From positions 1 through 61,374 of the forward strand of contig CALXUT010000039.1 in NCBI GenBank assembly GCA_944391755.1: a stretch of DNA of 61,374 bases. Reading direction: 5' to 3'. The DNA comes from an uncultured Clostridia bacterium (GTDB lineage: Bacteria; Bacillota; Clostridia; TANB77; CAG-508). Shown one piece after another: positions 31,130-40,339 of the stretch. Under the pieces are notes generated by a model. The model was not told the origin of the DNA. It searched no databases and was given only the letters and a program-made list of their open reading frames with translations. Each line of letters opens with the position of its first letter. Within the stretch, counting starts at the first letter, position 1. A program made the translations under genes and the position numbers.

Positions 31130-33175
31130 ATGTTAGATTTAAATAAAGATGTGAAATATGTAAAAACTGTAGGACCCAATAGAGTAAAATTATTAAATAA
31201 GTTAAATATATATACATTAAAAGATTTAATAACATATTTTCCACGAGATTATGAAGATAGAAGCAAACCGAAAAACTTATATGAATGTGTGGATGGAGAA
31301 GAAGTGCTAATAGAAGCAATGGCAGCAGGAAAGATGAATGAAATGCATAAAGGGAGAATGACAATCAGCAGATTAATTGTAAAAGATCAAACTGGAACTT
31401 GTTATATAACATGGTTTAATCAAGGATATTTAAGAGATAAATTTCAACCAGGCAGGATGTATCGCTTTTTTGGAAAAATATCTGTAAAAAATGGAAGAAT
31501 AGAAATGAATTCTCCTGTATATGATGAAATAGACCAAAGCAAAAATACTGGAAAAATCATACCAATCTACCCATTAACATATGAATTAAAACAATCCACA
31601 TTAAGAAGAATCATAGAAAATGGGTTAGCAGAGGTGAAAGGTCAATTACCCGAAACACTTCCAGAATATATATTAAAAGAATATGATTTATGGGAAATCA
31701 ATAAAACAATAGAAAGAATCCACTTTCCAATCGATTTTTCGGATTTTAATAAAGCACGAGAAAGATTGGTATTTGAAGAATTACTTACAATGCAATTAGC
31801 TTTATTAAAATTAAAAAATCATTATGAACATGACAAAAATGGAATACAATTTAGCAGAGATGTACATATGTCAGATATTATCAATATATTACCATTTCAA
31901 TTAACAAAAGCACAATTACGAGTATTAGAAGAAATTGATAGAGATATGGAAAGCACTAGACCAATGAATCGATTATTGCAAGGAGATGTTGGCTCTGGAA
32001 AAACAGTAGTAGCGATGATTGCTGCATATAAGGCTGTAAAATCAGGGTACCAAGCAACGATTATGGCACCAACAGCAATACTAGCAAGTCAACATTTAGA
32101 AAGCTTTCAATCTATTTTATCAAAATTTGGTATCAGATGTGAACTATTAATATCCAATATCACCAAAAAGAAAAAAACAGAGATATTAGAAAAGCTACAA
32201 AATGGAGAAATCGATATCTTAATAGGGACACATGCAATATTAGAAGAAAATGTCGTTTTTAAAAATTTAGGTTTAGTCATAACAGATGAACAGCATAGGT
32301 TTGGAGTAAAACAAAGAAGTACAATTGCTTCAAAAGCTCAAAATCCTGATATTATCGCTATGTCAGCAACTCCCATACCAAGAACGCTAGCATTAATTTT
32401 ATATGGAGATTTAGATATATCCATTATAGATGAACTTCCACCAAACAGAAAGAAAATAGAAACTTATGCAGTCAGAAAAAATATGGAAGAAAGACTAAAT
32501 GCTTTTATAAGAAAACAAATTGATGAAGGCAGGCAGGCATATATTGTATGTCCATTAGTAGAAGAAAACGAAGAAATGGAATTAAAATCTGTTATAGAAC
32601 TTGCAGAAAAATACCAAAAAGAAACCTTTAGTAATTATAAAGTGGCATATTTACATGGAAAAATGAAACCAAAAGAAAAAGATGAAATTATGCAAAGATT
32701 TAAAGAGGGAGAAATTCAAATTCTAGTTGCAACTACGGTTATAGAAGTTGGGGTGAATGTGCCAAATGCAAGTATCATGGTAGTAGAAAATGCAGAAAGA
32801 TTCGGCTTAGCACAATTACATCAATTAAGAGGAAGAGTTGGAAGAGGAGAATATCAATCCTATTGTATATTAAAATACGAGGGAAATGGAGAAACAACAA
32901 GACAAAGAATGAAAGTTATGTGTGATACAAATGATGGATTTATCATATCAGAAAAAGACTTAGAATTAAGAGGTTCAGGAGATTTCTTTGGAACAGAACA
33001 ACATGGATTACCAGAATTTAAAATTGCGAATTTGTTTGAAGATATAGGAACTCTAAAAAAAGTTCAAAAATTGGCAATCGATATTATGGAAAAAGATCCA
33101 ATGTTAGAGGATGAAAAAAATAAGAAATTAAATGAATTAGTAAAAGAAAAATTTAATTCAAGAATTGAAATTTAA
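31130..33175 (+). CDS. recG: ATP-dependent DNA helicase RecG
   Basis: LQGDVGSGKT, DEQHRFGV, MSATPIPRT, AERFGLAQLHQLRGRVGR and DLELRGSGD. Confidence 0.98.
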   Translation: MLDLNKDVKYVKTVGPNRVKLLNKLNIYTLKDLITYFPRDYEDRSKPKNLYECVDGEEVLIEAMAAGKMNEMHKGRMTISRLIVKDQTGTCYITWFNQGYLRDKFQPGRMYRFFGKISVKNGRIEMNSPVYDEIDQSKNTGKIIPIYPLTYELKQSTLRRIIENGLAEVKGQLPETLPEYILKEYDLWEINKTIERIHFPIDFSDFNKARERLVFEELLTMQLALLKLKNHYEHDKNGIQFSRDVHMSDIINILPFQLTKAQLRVLEEIDRDMESTRPMNRLLQGDVGSGKTVVAMIAAYKAVKSGYQATIMAPTAILASQHLESFQSILSKFGIRCELLISNITKKKKTEILEKLQNGEIDILIGTHAILEENVVFKNLGLVITDEQHRFGVKQRSTIASKAQNPDIIAMSATPIPRTLALILYGDLDISIIDELPPNRKKIETYAVRKNMEERLNAFIRKQIDEGRQAYIVCPLVEENEEMELKSVIELAEKYQKETFSNYKVAYLHGKMKPKEKDEIMQRFKEGEIQILVATTVIEVGVNVPNASIMVVENAERFGLAQLHQLRGRVGRGEYQSYCILKYEGNGETTRQRMKVMCDTNDGFIISEKDLELRGSGDFFGTEQHGLPEFKIANLFEDIGTLKKVQKLAIDIMEKDPMLEDEKNKKLNELVKEKFNSRIEI

Positions 33176-33182
33176 GTTAAAA

Positions 33183-33204
33183 TGGCACTGGTTCCTAAGA
33201 CCAG
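33183..33204 (-). repeat. Exact 22-nt inverted copy of the tRNA-Leu anticodon arm
   Basis: tggcactggttcctaagaccag is the reverse complement of 33585-33606. Confidence 0.9.
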
Positions 33205-33231
33205 TGATAAAGGAAAAGGATGTAGATAAAT

Positions 33232-33420
33232 ATGTTATGGATAATTTTAAGATTAATAGGAGCATTAATAGCGCTTGCAGGAGTTATTTTAATATATGAT
33301 GCAAGAATTATTACCAAAAAAGCATTTGGATTCGGAGATCAAAATGAGGCCACTAGTGGTTTGAAAATAGTAGGTACTATACTTAGCTGTATAGGAGCGT
33401 TAATTATATTTTTTTGTTAG
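33232..33420 (+). CDS. Small two-TM hypothetical membrane protein
   Basis: 62 aa with two hydrophobic helices; purine-rich RBS upstream. Confidence 0.7.
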   Translation: MLWIILRLIGALIALAGVILIYDARIITKKAFGFGDQNEATSGLKIVGTILSCIGALIIFFC

Positions 33421-33508
33421 TGAATGAATTTTGAAAAAATATCTGATTTTAGAAAATCATAGTTTCAAAAAATGAGTTCAAAAAATTAATAAAAAAGGTT
33501 AAAAATTA

Positions 33509-33537
33509 TTGACAATGTATTTTAATTATGGTATTAT
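33509..33537 (+). promoter_or_regulatory. sigmaA promoter of tRNA-Leu
   Basis: TTGACA-17 nt-TATTAT with extended TG. Confidence 0.7.
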
Positions 33538-33557
33538 ATACATTGTCAATAATTTTT

Positions 33558-33641
33558 GCGGATGTGGCGGAACTGGCAGACGCGCTGGTCTTAGGAACCA
33601 GTGCCAACGGCGTGGAGGTTCGAGTCCTCTCATCCGCACCA
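33558..33641 (+). tRNA. tRNA-Leu(TAG)
   Basis: Cloverleaf with long variable arm, anticodon arm ctggt-ctTAGga-accag, GGTTCGAGTCC and CCA. Confidence 0.97.
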
Positions 33642-33768
33642 ACTTAGTATCAAGCAACAAAATGACTTGATACTTTATTTATTTTTCACAGTGATTTAAA
33701 TCAACAAATTAATTCTTAAAATTTACTTAGTTAACCCAAAAAATTAAATATATAAAGGAGGAATAGCT

Positions 33769-34275
33769 ATGAAAACAAACTTAGCTAATTTAATGAACAT
33801 CGTTGTTGATGAGGAGAAAAGATTTTCATCACTTGGATATGACATAAAAGATCATGCTTACAGTGTTTCTGCACAAGAATTAGACGGAAGAACAACTATT
33901 ATAGAAGACTATCAAGAAGACTTTACAAAAGAATTTGAAGAATACAAAAAAACACAAGAAAAAATTACAAAAATAAAGGCAACCATCTATGAGAAAAACA
34001 ACACATTTAAATTACCAGATGGAAGAACAATTCAAGAAGCTATTGTAGATAATACAAATTTAAGAAAAATGAAGACAATATATAATTATCTAATATCTCA
34101 GAGAGATAGCAAAAGAAGAGTTACAGAAGTCAATAATTCCTATTTTGAATGTAAAACGGTGAATTATGATGTAAACAAATTGAAACAAGAATATGATAAA
34201 CTAGAGAAAAAAATACAAGATACAGACTTTGAAATATCAAAACTAAATTCCATAGAATTTGACATAAATATATAA
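33769..34275 (+). CDS. All-helical coiled-coil protein resembling the DIP1984/DUF6847 family
   Basis: TIQEAIVD, V(N)YDVNKLKQEYDKL and DFEISKLNSIEFDI echo the family pattern; 168 aa; RBS aaggagg. Confidence 0.6.
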   Translation: MKTNLANLMNIVVDEEKRFSSLGYDIKDHAYSVSAQELDGRTTIIEDYQEDFTKEFEEYKKTQEKITKIKATIYEKNNTFKLPDGRTIQEAIVDNTNLRKMKTIYNYLISQRDSKRRVTEVNNSYFECKTVNYDVNKLKQEYDKLEKKIQDTDFEISKLNSIEFDINI

Positions 34276-34570
34276 AATATAGGTGCTTACAAAGGTATTC
34301 AGTAAGGTAAATGTGAAAGAACAAACAGCCTATCCTATCTTTTCATATTCTATATTGGTGAAAATTATTTGTTAAAAAGATGAGCAAATATAAGTATTGA
34401 GCCTGTTAGGGTATTTGCCAATTTACAAATTATTGATTGTTTATAAATTATAATTTACAATATATATTTTAATTAATATATAAATAAAATGAATGGATTT
34501 AAAATTATTTTTTAATATATGAAAAGATAGGTCAGAGGAGCATATTGTTTTTAGGAATAATATGCTTCTT
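34276..34570 (+). ncRNA. Candidate structured 3' RNA (~290 nt) downstream of the DIP1984-like gene
   Basis: Long-range stem 34334-34347/34517-34531, inner hairpin 34384-34418, and terminator ggagcatatt..aatatgcttc at ~34536-34570. Confidence 0.45.
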
Positions 34571-34607
34571 TACTTTTTATGTTAATATAAACTTTTTGTG
34601 GGGAAAA

Positions 34608-34636
34608 TTGACAAAACAACATGTGCATGATAAAAT
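34608..34636 (+). promoter_or_regulatory. sigmaA promoter of rlmD
   Basis: TTGACA-17 nt-TAAAAT with extended TG. Confidence 0.7.
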
Positions 34637-34739
34637 ATTACTTGTAAAACAAGCGGCACATTACTTTGGCTAATGTGTCGTTTAAGCTAAATATAGAGTA
34701 TAAATGCAATGTCATTTAGAAACAATAAAAGGAGAAAAG

Positions 34740-36104
34740 ATGGAAATCAAAAAGAATCAAGAATATATAGTAGATATAATAGACAATGGGTTTGAAGGAG
34801 AAGGAATTGCCAAAATAGACAATTTCACAGTATTTATTCCTGGAGCTATAAAAGGAGAAAAAATAAAAATCCTAATTGTAAAAGTATTATCTTCACATGC
34901 ATTTGGAAAAATTTTAGAAATTTTAGAAAAATCAGAAAAAAGACAAGATGCAGACTGTATTACTTATAAGAGATGTGGTGGATGTAATTTAAGACATATA
35001 CAGTATGAAGAAACTTTGAAGATGAAACAAAATGCAGTCCAAAGTTTAGTAAATAAAACTTTAAAAAATAAAATTCAAGTAGACAAAACTATTGGGATGG
35101 ATAAACCATATCATTACAGAAATAAAGCACAATATCCATTAGGAATTGATAAAAATGGAGACCCAGTAATAGGTGTTTTTGCAAATAGAACGCATGAAGT
35201 AATTCCAATGGAAAACTGTTTCATTCAAAATCCACAATCAGAAGAAATTGCAAAATATGTTTTACAATTTATAAAACAAAATCATATAAGTATTTATAAT
35301 GAAGAAACACAAAAAGGACTATTTAGGCATATCGTCATAAAAGTGGGAATAAAAACAAATGAAATTATGTGTATATTTGTTATAAATGGTAAAAATATTC
35401 CAAAAGAAAACGAACTAAAAAGTGCTTTAGTACAAAGATTTTCCAATATAAAAACCATTGTAAAAAATATCAATACAAAAAATACAAATGTGATTTTAGG
35501 AGAACAAAATATAAATATATTTGGAAATGGTTATATAGAAGATATTCTAGGGGAATATAGATTCAAAATTTCTCCACTATCTTTTTTCCAGGTAAATCCT
35601 ATTCAAGCGGAGAAACTATATAATATTGGGGTAAAGGCTGCGAATATTTCAAAAGATGATGTTGTATTTGATTTATATTGCGGAATTGGTACAATTTCAT
35701 TATTTATGGCGAAATTTGCTAAAAAAGTCTATGGAATTGAAATTGTAAAAGAAGCGGTAGAAATGGCAAAAGAAAATGTGAAAAATAATCATATTGAAAA
35801 TGTTGAATTTTACGATGGGGATGTCGAAATTGTTCTAGAGGATATGATACATAATAAAAAGATTATTCCGGATATTGTTATGTTTGATCCTCCTAGAAAA
35901 GGATTAGATAAAAAGAGTATCCATAATATTTTGAAAATCAAACCTAAAAAAATAGTGTATATTAGTTGTAATCCTGCTACTTTGATTAGGGATTTATCTG
36001 ATTTTGAGGACTTATATGAAGTAAAATCTATTACGCCTGTTGATATGTTTCCTTTTACCAGCCATGTGGAGTGTGTGGCAGTTTTAGAACTAAAGAATTT
36101 CTAA
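34740..36104 (+). CDS. rlmD: 23S rRNA (uracil-C5)-methyltransferase with TRAM domain
   Basis: TRAM domain, CxxxxxCGGC, YRNK, SFFQVN, DLYCGIG, DPPRKG, YISCNP and DMFPFTSHVE. Confidence 0.96.
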   Translation: MEIKKNQEYIVDIIDNGFEGEGIAKIDNFTVFIPGAIKGEKIKILIVKVLSSHAFGKILEILEKSEKRQDADCITYKRCGGCNLRHIQYEETLKMKQNAVQSLVNKTLKNKIQVDKTIGMDKPYHYRNKAQYPLGIDKNGDPVIGVFANRTHEVIPMENCFIQNPQSEEIAKYVLQFIKQNHISIYNEETQKGLFRHIVIKVGIKTNEIMCIFVINGKNIPKENELKSALVQRFSNIKTIVKNINTKNTNVILGEQNINIFGNGYIEDILGEYRFKISPLSFFQVNPIQAEKLYNIGVKAANISKDDVVFDLYCGIGTISLFMAKFAKKVYGIEIVKEAVEMAKENVKNNHIENVEFYDGDVEIVLEDMIHNKKIIPDIVMFDPPRKGLDKKSIHNILKIKPKKIVYISCNPATLIRDLSDFEDLYEVKSITPVDMFPFTSHVECVAVLELKNF

Positions 36105-36283
36105 TAATTACTAAATTTAATAGCAAATAGAATACACTAAAAAATTTTAAGTAAAGTGCCTTGTAAAATAGGTACTTTTTTTGGATCAAGATTTCAATTT
36201 ATTAAGTATGAAGTTTAATGAATTTATTGAGGAAAATGTAAATTTGTGATATAGTGTAGACAGAAAATTAGAGGTGTAAGAAT

Positions 36284-36709
36284 ATGAAATTAATTTGTAA
36301 GATAACAGATGAAGATGTTGGAGAAAAAAGTATGAATATGGATAATCCTAAATTAAGATTAGGAGCAAGAGGGATTGTTATAAGAGAAGACGGGAAAATT
36401 GCTATATTTAACAAGAGTAAGAAAAATGAGTATAAATTACCAGGAGGAGGATTAGAAGGAGAAGAAAATCCAGAGGAAGCATTCAAAAGAGAAATACTAG
36501 AAGAAACTGGTTGCGAAATAAAAATAATAGAAAATTTAGGAACAACAGAGGAATATAAGTCATTAAATAATTTTAAGCAGATTTCTTATGTATTTGTTGG
36601 TAAAGTTTTAAAAGATACGAAGCAATTAAATGCGACGAAAAAAGAAAAAGAAGAAGGTGCTAAATTATTGTGGGAAACTCCTGAAAAAGATTATAAAGTT
36701 CAAAAGTAG
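36284..36709 (+). pseudogene. NUDIX hydrolase, probably C-terminally truncated
   Basis: PGGGLEGEENPEEAFKREILEETG; ends abruptly in ETPEK-DYKVQK*. Confidence 0.65.
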
Positions 36710-36829
36710 AGTGAACTTGAAAATGTTATTTTTATAATTTCTTCAAAAGTAGAAAAAATGAGTTTAAAAAAAGGGGATGATAAATAAAGATAGTAGTTTT
36801 ATGAAAAAGTGTTTAGTGGAGGTGAAAAT

Positions 36830-37240
36830 ATGGGAAAAGTTTTAAAAGTGAGGGAAGTAGGAGATCCAATACTTGAAAAAATATCAGAAGATGTGGATAT
36901 AAAAAATATAGATAATAAAATTTTAGACATTATAGAAGACTTAACGGAAACATTAAAATTTGGAACTGGACTAGGAATAGCAGTACCTCAAATTGCTGTA
37001 AATAAGAGAATTATTGTGGTAGGAGCAAAAAAGGAAAACATAAAATATAATGATGCAGAAGAAATACCAATAACAGCAATGATAAATCCGACTTGGAAAA
37101 AGTTATCCGAAGATACAGATACACAATATGAAGGATGTATGAGTGTACCTAGTATAAGAGGAAAAGTAAAAAGATATAAGAATATAGAATTAACTTATTA
37201 TAATGAAAATGAAATTAGAAGATTTAAAAATAAAATATGA
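36830..37240 (+). pseudogene. def: Peptide deformylase, truncated
   Basis: GLGIAVPQI and EGCMSVP are present; the HExxH metal motif is absent and the 3' end runs into the UDG gene. Confidence 0.8.
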
Positions 37241-37868
37241 TAAATTGCAGAAAAAATACGGAGCAAAAGAATTGGATTCCATTTATAACGGAGGATGCAC
37301 CAATAATCCAGATATATGCTTTGTATTCATGAATCCAACAGGAAAAAATATAGCATCATCAAAAGAATGGAAAGGAATAAAATCTCCTTGGATAGGAACT
37401 AAAAATATTTGGGATTTATTTTATCAATTAAATTTGATGAATGAAGATATTTATAAAGAAATAAAAATAAAGAAAAGTAGTGAATGGACAGAAAAATTTG
37501 CAGATAAAGTATATGAAGATGTAAAAGTACATAAATACTTTATAACAAATCTAGGAAAATGTACGCAAGTAGATGCAAGAGAACTGCCAGATAGTGTTTA
37601 TAAAGAATATTTAGATTTGTTAAAACAAGAAATAGAAATTATAGATCCGAAAGTAATCGTTCTATTTGGAAATCAAGTTAGTTCTATTGTTCTAAACCAA
37701 AAAATATCTGTTTCACAAAGTAGAAAAAAATTATTTAAGTATGATATTATGGGGAAAGAATATAAGTTTTATTCTGTTTATTATCCAGTAGGAAATGGGA
37801 GATTTAATATTGATAAATCTATTGAAGATATAAAATGGATTATAGAGAATGAAAAATGGAGGATATGA
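37209..37868 (+). CDS. Uracil-DNA glycosylase superfamily protein
   Basis: FVFMNPTGKN, ITNLGKC, IIDPKVIVLFG and YYPVGNG; UDG-like fold pattern. Confidence 0.7.
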   Translation: MKLEDLKIKYDKLQKKYGAKELDSIYNGGCTNNPDICFVFMNPTGKNIASSKEWKGIKSPWIGTKNIWDLFYQLNLMNEDIYKEIKIKKSSEWTEKFADKVYEDVKVHKYFITNLGKCTQVDARELPDSVYKEYLDLLKQEIEIIDPKVIVLFGNQVSSIVLNQKISVSQSRKKLFKYDIMGKEYKFYSVYYPVGNGRFNIDKSIEDIKWIIENEKWRI

Positions 37869-37954
37869 AATATATATTATAACAATTGGAAAACAATAAT
37901 TATAAAATAAACTATGAAATAAACGATTTATTAGAACTAAAAAATATATTATAA
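37865..37954 (+). pseudogene. Gene remnant (start MKYIL and end YEINDLLELKNIL* retained)
   Basis: GGAGG plus ATG coupled to the UDG stop, an in-frame TAA, then a C-terminus typical of HAD hydrolases. Confidence 0.4.
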
Positions 37955-37969
37955 ATTCGGAGGAACAAA

Positions 37970-38539
37970 ATGGAAGAAGTTGTATTTGTAACACATAATA
38001 AAGGAAAAATTGAATCAGCTAAAAAACAATTAGAAGAGATAGATTTTCAAATATTTGAATATGAACTAGAAGAACCAAGAAGTGATGACATTAAATATAT
38101 ATCAAAACATAAAGTGATGGAAGCCTATAAATTAGTAAACAAGCCATGTATTTCTTTAGATTGTGGTTTTTGGATAGATGAATTAGATGGATTTCCAAAA
38201 GCATTTGTAAACTTTGCATTAGAAACAATAGGAATACAAGGAATATTGAAATTAATGGAAGGAAAAGAAAATAGAGATTGTAGATTTACGGAATGTTTAT
38301 CTTATTATGATGGAAAAGAATTGCATCAATTTATGGGAAAACATGAAGGAACACTATCGAAAGAAATTCTAGGAAAAGACACAAATAAGAAATGGTCAGA
38401 TTTATGGTACATATATAAACCCCTTGGATACAATAAAACATTAGCAGAGATGACAGATGAAGAAAGAGCAACAAGAGTCAAATATAAATCTGTGGATTCT
38501 ATGAGAGAATTTGCGAAATGGTACAGAGAAGAAAAATAG
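37970..38539 (+). CDS. Non-canonical purine NTP pyrophosphatase (HAM1/RdgB-like)
   Basis: VFVTHNKGK, DCGFWIDELDGFP and HEGTLS. Confidence 0.8.
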   Translation: MEEVVFVTHNKGKIESAKKQLEEIDFQIFEYELEEPRSDDIKYISKHKVMEAYKLVNKPCISLDCGFWIDELDGFPKAFVNFALETIGIQGILKLMEGKENRDCRFTECLSYYDGKELHQFMGKHEGTLSKEILGKDTNKKWSDLWYIYKPLGYNKTLAEMTDEERATRVKYKSVDSMREFAKWYREEK

Positions 38540-38603
38540 ATTTTAATTGAGAAATTAATGAGCTTATGGTATATTATGTATGTAAAATTTGAGGTGTGTT
38601 GAT

Positions 38604-39017
38604 ATGAAGAAATTAAATGTAATATTAGTTTATAGTAACGAAGAAAACAAAATATTGATGTGTAAAAGAGAAAAAGAACCATATAAGGGAAAATTAAATT
38701 TAGTCGGAGGAAAAGTAGAACAAAATGAAGACGAATTACATGCTGCATATAGGGAATTACAAGAAGAGACAGGAATAACAAAGAGCGATATTGTATTAAC
38801 ACATATTATGAATTTTCAATACAAAATGTCAAATATGGAATTAGAAGTATATGCAGGTAAATTAAATAAAGATGTGCAATTAAAAGAAGAAATAAACAAA
38901 TTATATTGGATAGATAAAAATGAAAACTTTTTTGATGTGGACAAATATGCAGGAGAAGGAAATATAGGACATATGATACGACAAGTAGAAATCAATAAAA
39001 ACAAATTATTTTTATAA
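38604..39017 (+). CDS. NUDIX hydrolase (MutT-like)
   Basis: KEPYKGKLNLVGGKVEQNEDELHAAYRELQEETG. Confidence 0.9.
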   Translation: MKKLNVILVYSNEENKILMCKREKEPYKGKLNLVGGKVEQNEDELHAAYRELQEETGITKSDIVLTHIMNFQYKMSNMELEVYAGKLNKDVQLKEEINKLYWIDKNENFFDVDKYAGEGNIGHMIRQVEINKNKLFL

Positions 39018-39035
39018 AAAATATAAGGAGGAAAA

Positions 39036-39611
39036 ATGGAAGAACTAAAAGAACAAATAGAAAAATATCAACCATATAATGAACAAGAATAAAAAGACAA
39101 ACAAATTATGCTAAAATACATAAATAGCTTTGATAATGTACTTACAAGAGATAATGAATTTGGACATTTTACAGCATCATCGTGGGTAGTAAACAAAGAA
39201 AAAACAAAAGTGCTAATGATATATCATAATATATACAAATCATGGACATGGACAGGAGGACATGCAGATGGAGAAACAAATTTATTAGGCACAGCTATTC
39301 GCGAATTAAAAGAAGAGACGGGAATTAAAAATGTAAAAGTACTAGATGATAATATATTTTCATTAGAAATTATATGTGTAAATGGACATGTAAAAAGAGG
39401 AAAATATGTGGGTTCTCATGTACATCTAAATGTAACTTATCTTTTAGAAGTAGATGAAAAAGAAAAACTAAGCATAAAAGAAGACGAAAACAGTGGTGTG
39501 AAATGGGTTGATATAGAAGATATAGAAAAAGTATCAAGTGAAGAATGGATGATAGAAAGAGTTTTCAAAAAATTATATGAAAAGTTAGAAAAATATGAAA
39601 TGAATTGTTAA
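39036..39611 (+). pseudogene. NUDIX hydrolase with in-frame TAA at codon 19
   Basis: GGAGG plus ATG at 39036 reads MEELKEQIEKYQPYNEQE*KDKQIM; then GHFTAS and GGHADGETNLLGTAIRELKEETG. Confidence 0.8.
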
Positions 39612-39653
39612 ATATAAGCTAACTATAATATATCAAAATAGAGAGGAAATGAA

Positions 39654-40304
39654 ATGATGATTATAGCAATAGATGGATTAGCAGTAAATGGTAAAACCAC
39701 TCTAGCTAAAATGATTTCAAAGAAATTAAATTTTAAGAATTTTAATACAGGAGCGATATATAGATGTATGGCATTAGAGATGATAAATAAAAATTTAGAC
39801 ATAAATCATATTGAAACTGTTATAGAGCATTTGAAAAATATAGATATAAATTTTGAAGGAACAAAAGTCATATTAAATGGAAAAGATGTTAGTGAAGAAA
39901 TTCGAACAGAAAAAATATCGTTATGTTCAAATAAATGGGCGACAAATGAGCAAATAAAAGAGATAGTAAGAAAAAAACAAAAAGAGTTTATTAGTAAATA
40001 TGATACAGTAATAGAAGGACGAGATATAGGAACAAGAATAGCTCCAAATGCGGATATAAAATTCTATTTATATTCTGATTTTGAAACTAGAGTAAATAGA
40101 GCATGGAATCAAGATAGAACAGCACCTATAGATAAAATAAGAGAAAATATAAGAAAAATAGACGATGTGGATATTTATGGTGGTAATTTTATAAAGCCAC
40201 AAAATGCAATAGAAATAAAAACAGATGACAAAACAATTGAACAAGTATATGATATTATGATGGATAAAATAATGAGTTACATGGGAAGCAATGAGAAAGA
40301 ATGA
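39654..40304 (+). CDS. cmk: Cytidylate kinase-like protein
   Basis: IAIDGLAVNGKTT, NTGAIYR, EGRDIGT and ADIKFYL. Confidence 0.8.
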   Translation: MMIIAIDGLAVNGKTTLAKMISKKLNFKNFNTGAIYRCMALEMINKNLDINHIETVIEHLKNIDINFEGTKVILNGKDVSEEIRTEKISLCSNKWATNEQIKEIVRKKQKEFISKYDTVIEGRDIGTRIAPNADIKFYLYSDFETRVNRAWNQDRTAPIDKIRENIRKIDDVDIYGGNFIKPQNAIEIKTDDKTIEQVYDIMMDKIMSYMGSNEKE

Positions 40305-40339
40305 TATAATTAATGAGATAATTATTAAGGAGAATATAT

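Noticed and set aside
34653-34683. rlmD leader hairpin as a mimic of the 23S rRNA target
   Set aside because: No match to the U1939 context, and only a short chance resemblance to helix 35.
35900-36104. T-richer composition at the rlmD 3' end as proof of a replaced gene end
   Set aside because: Judged by eye over a short stretch, and no direct-repeat partner of the rlmD end was found downstream.
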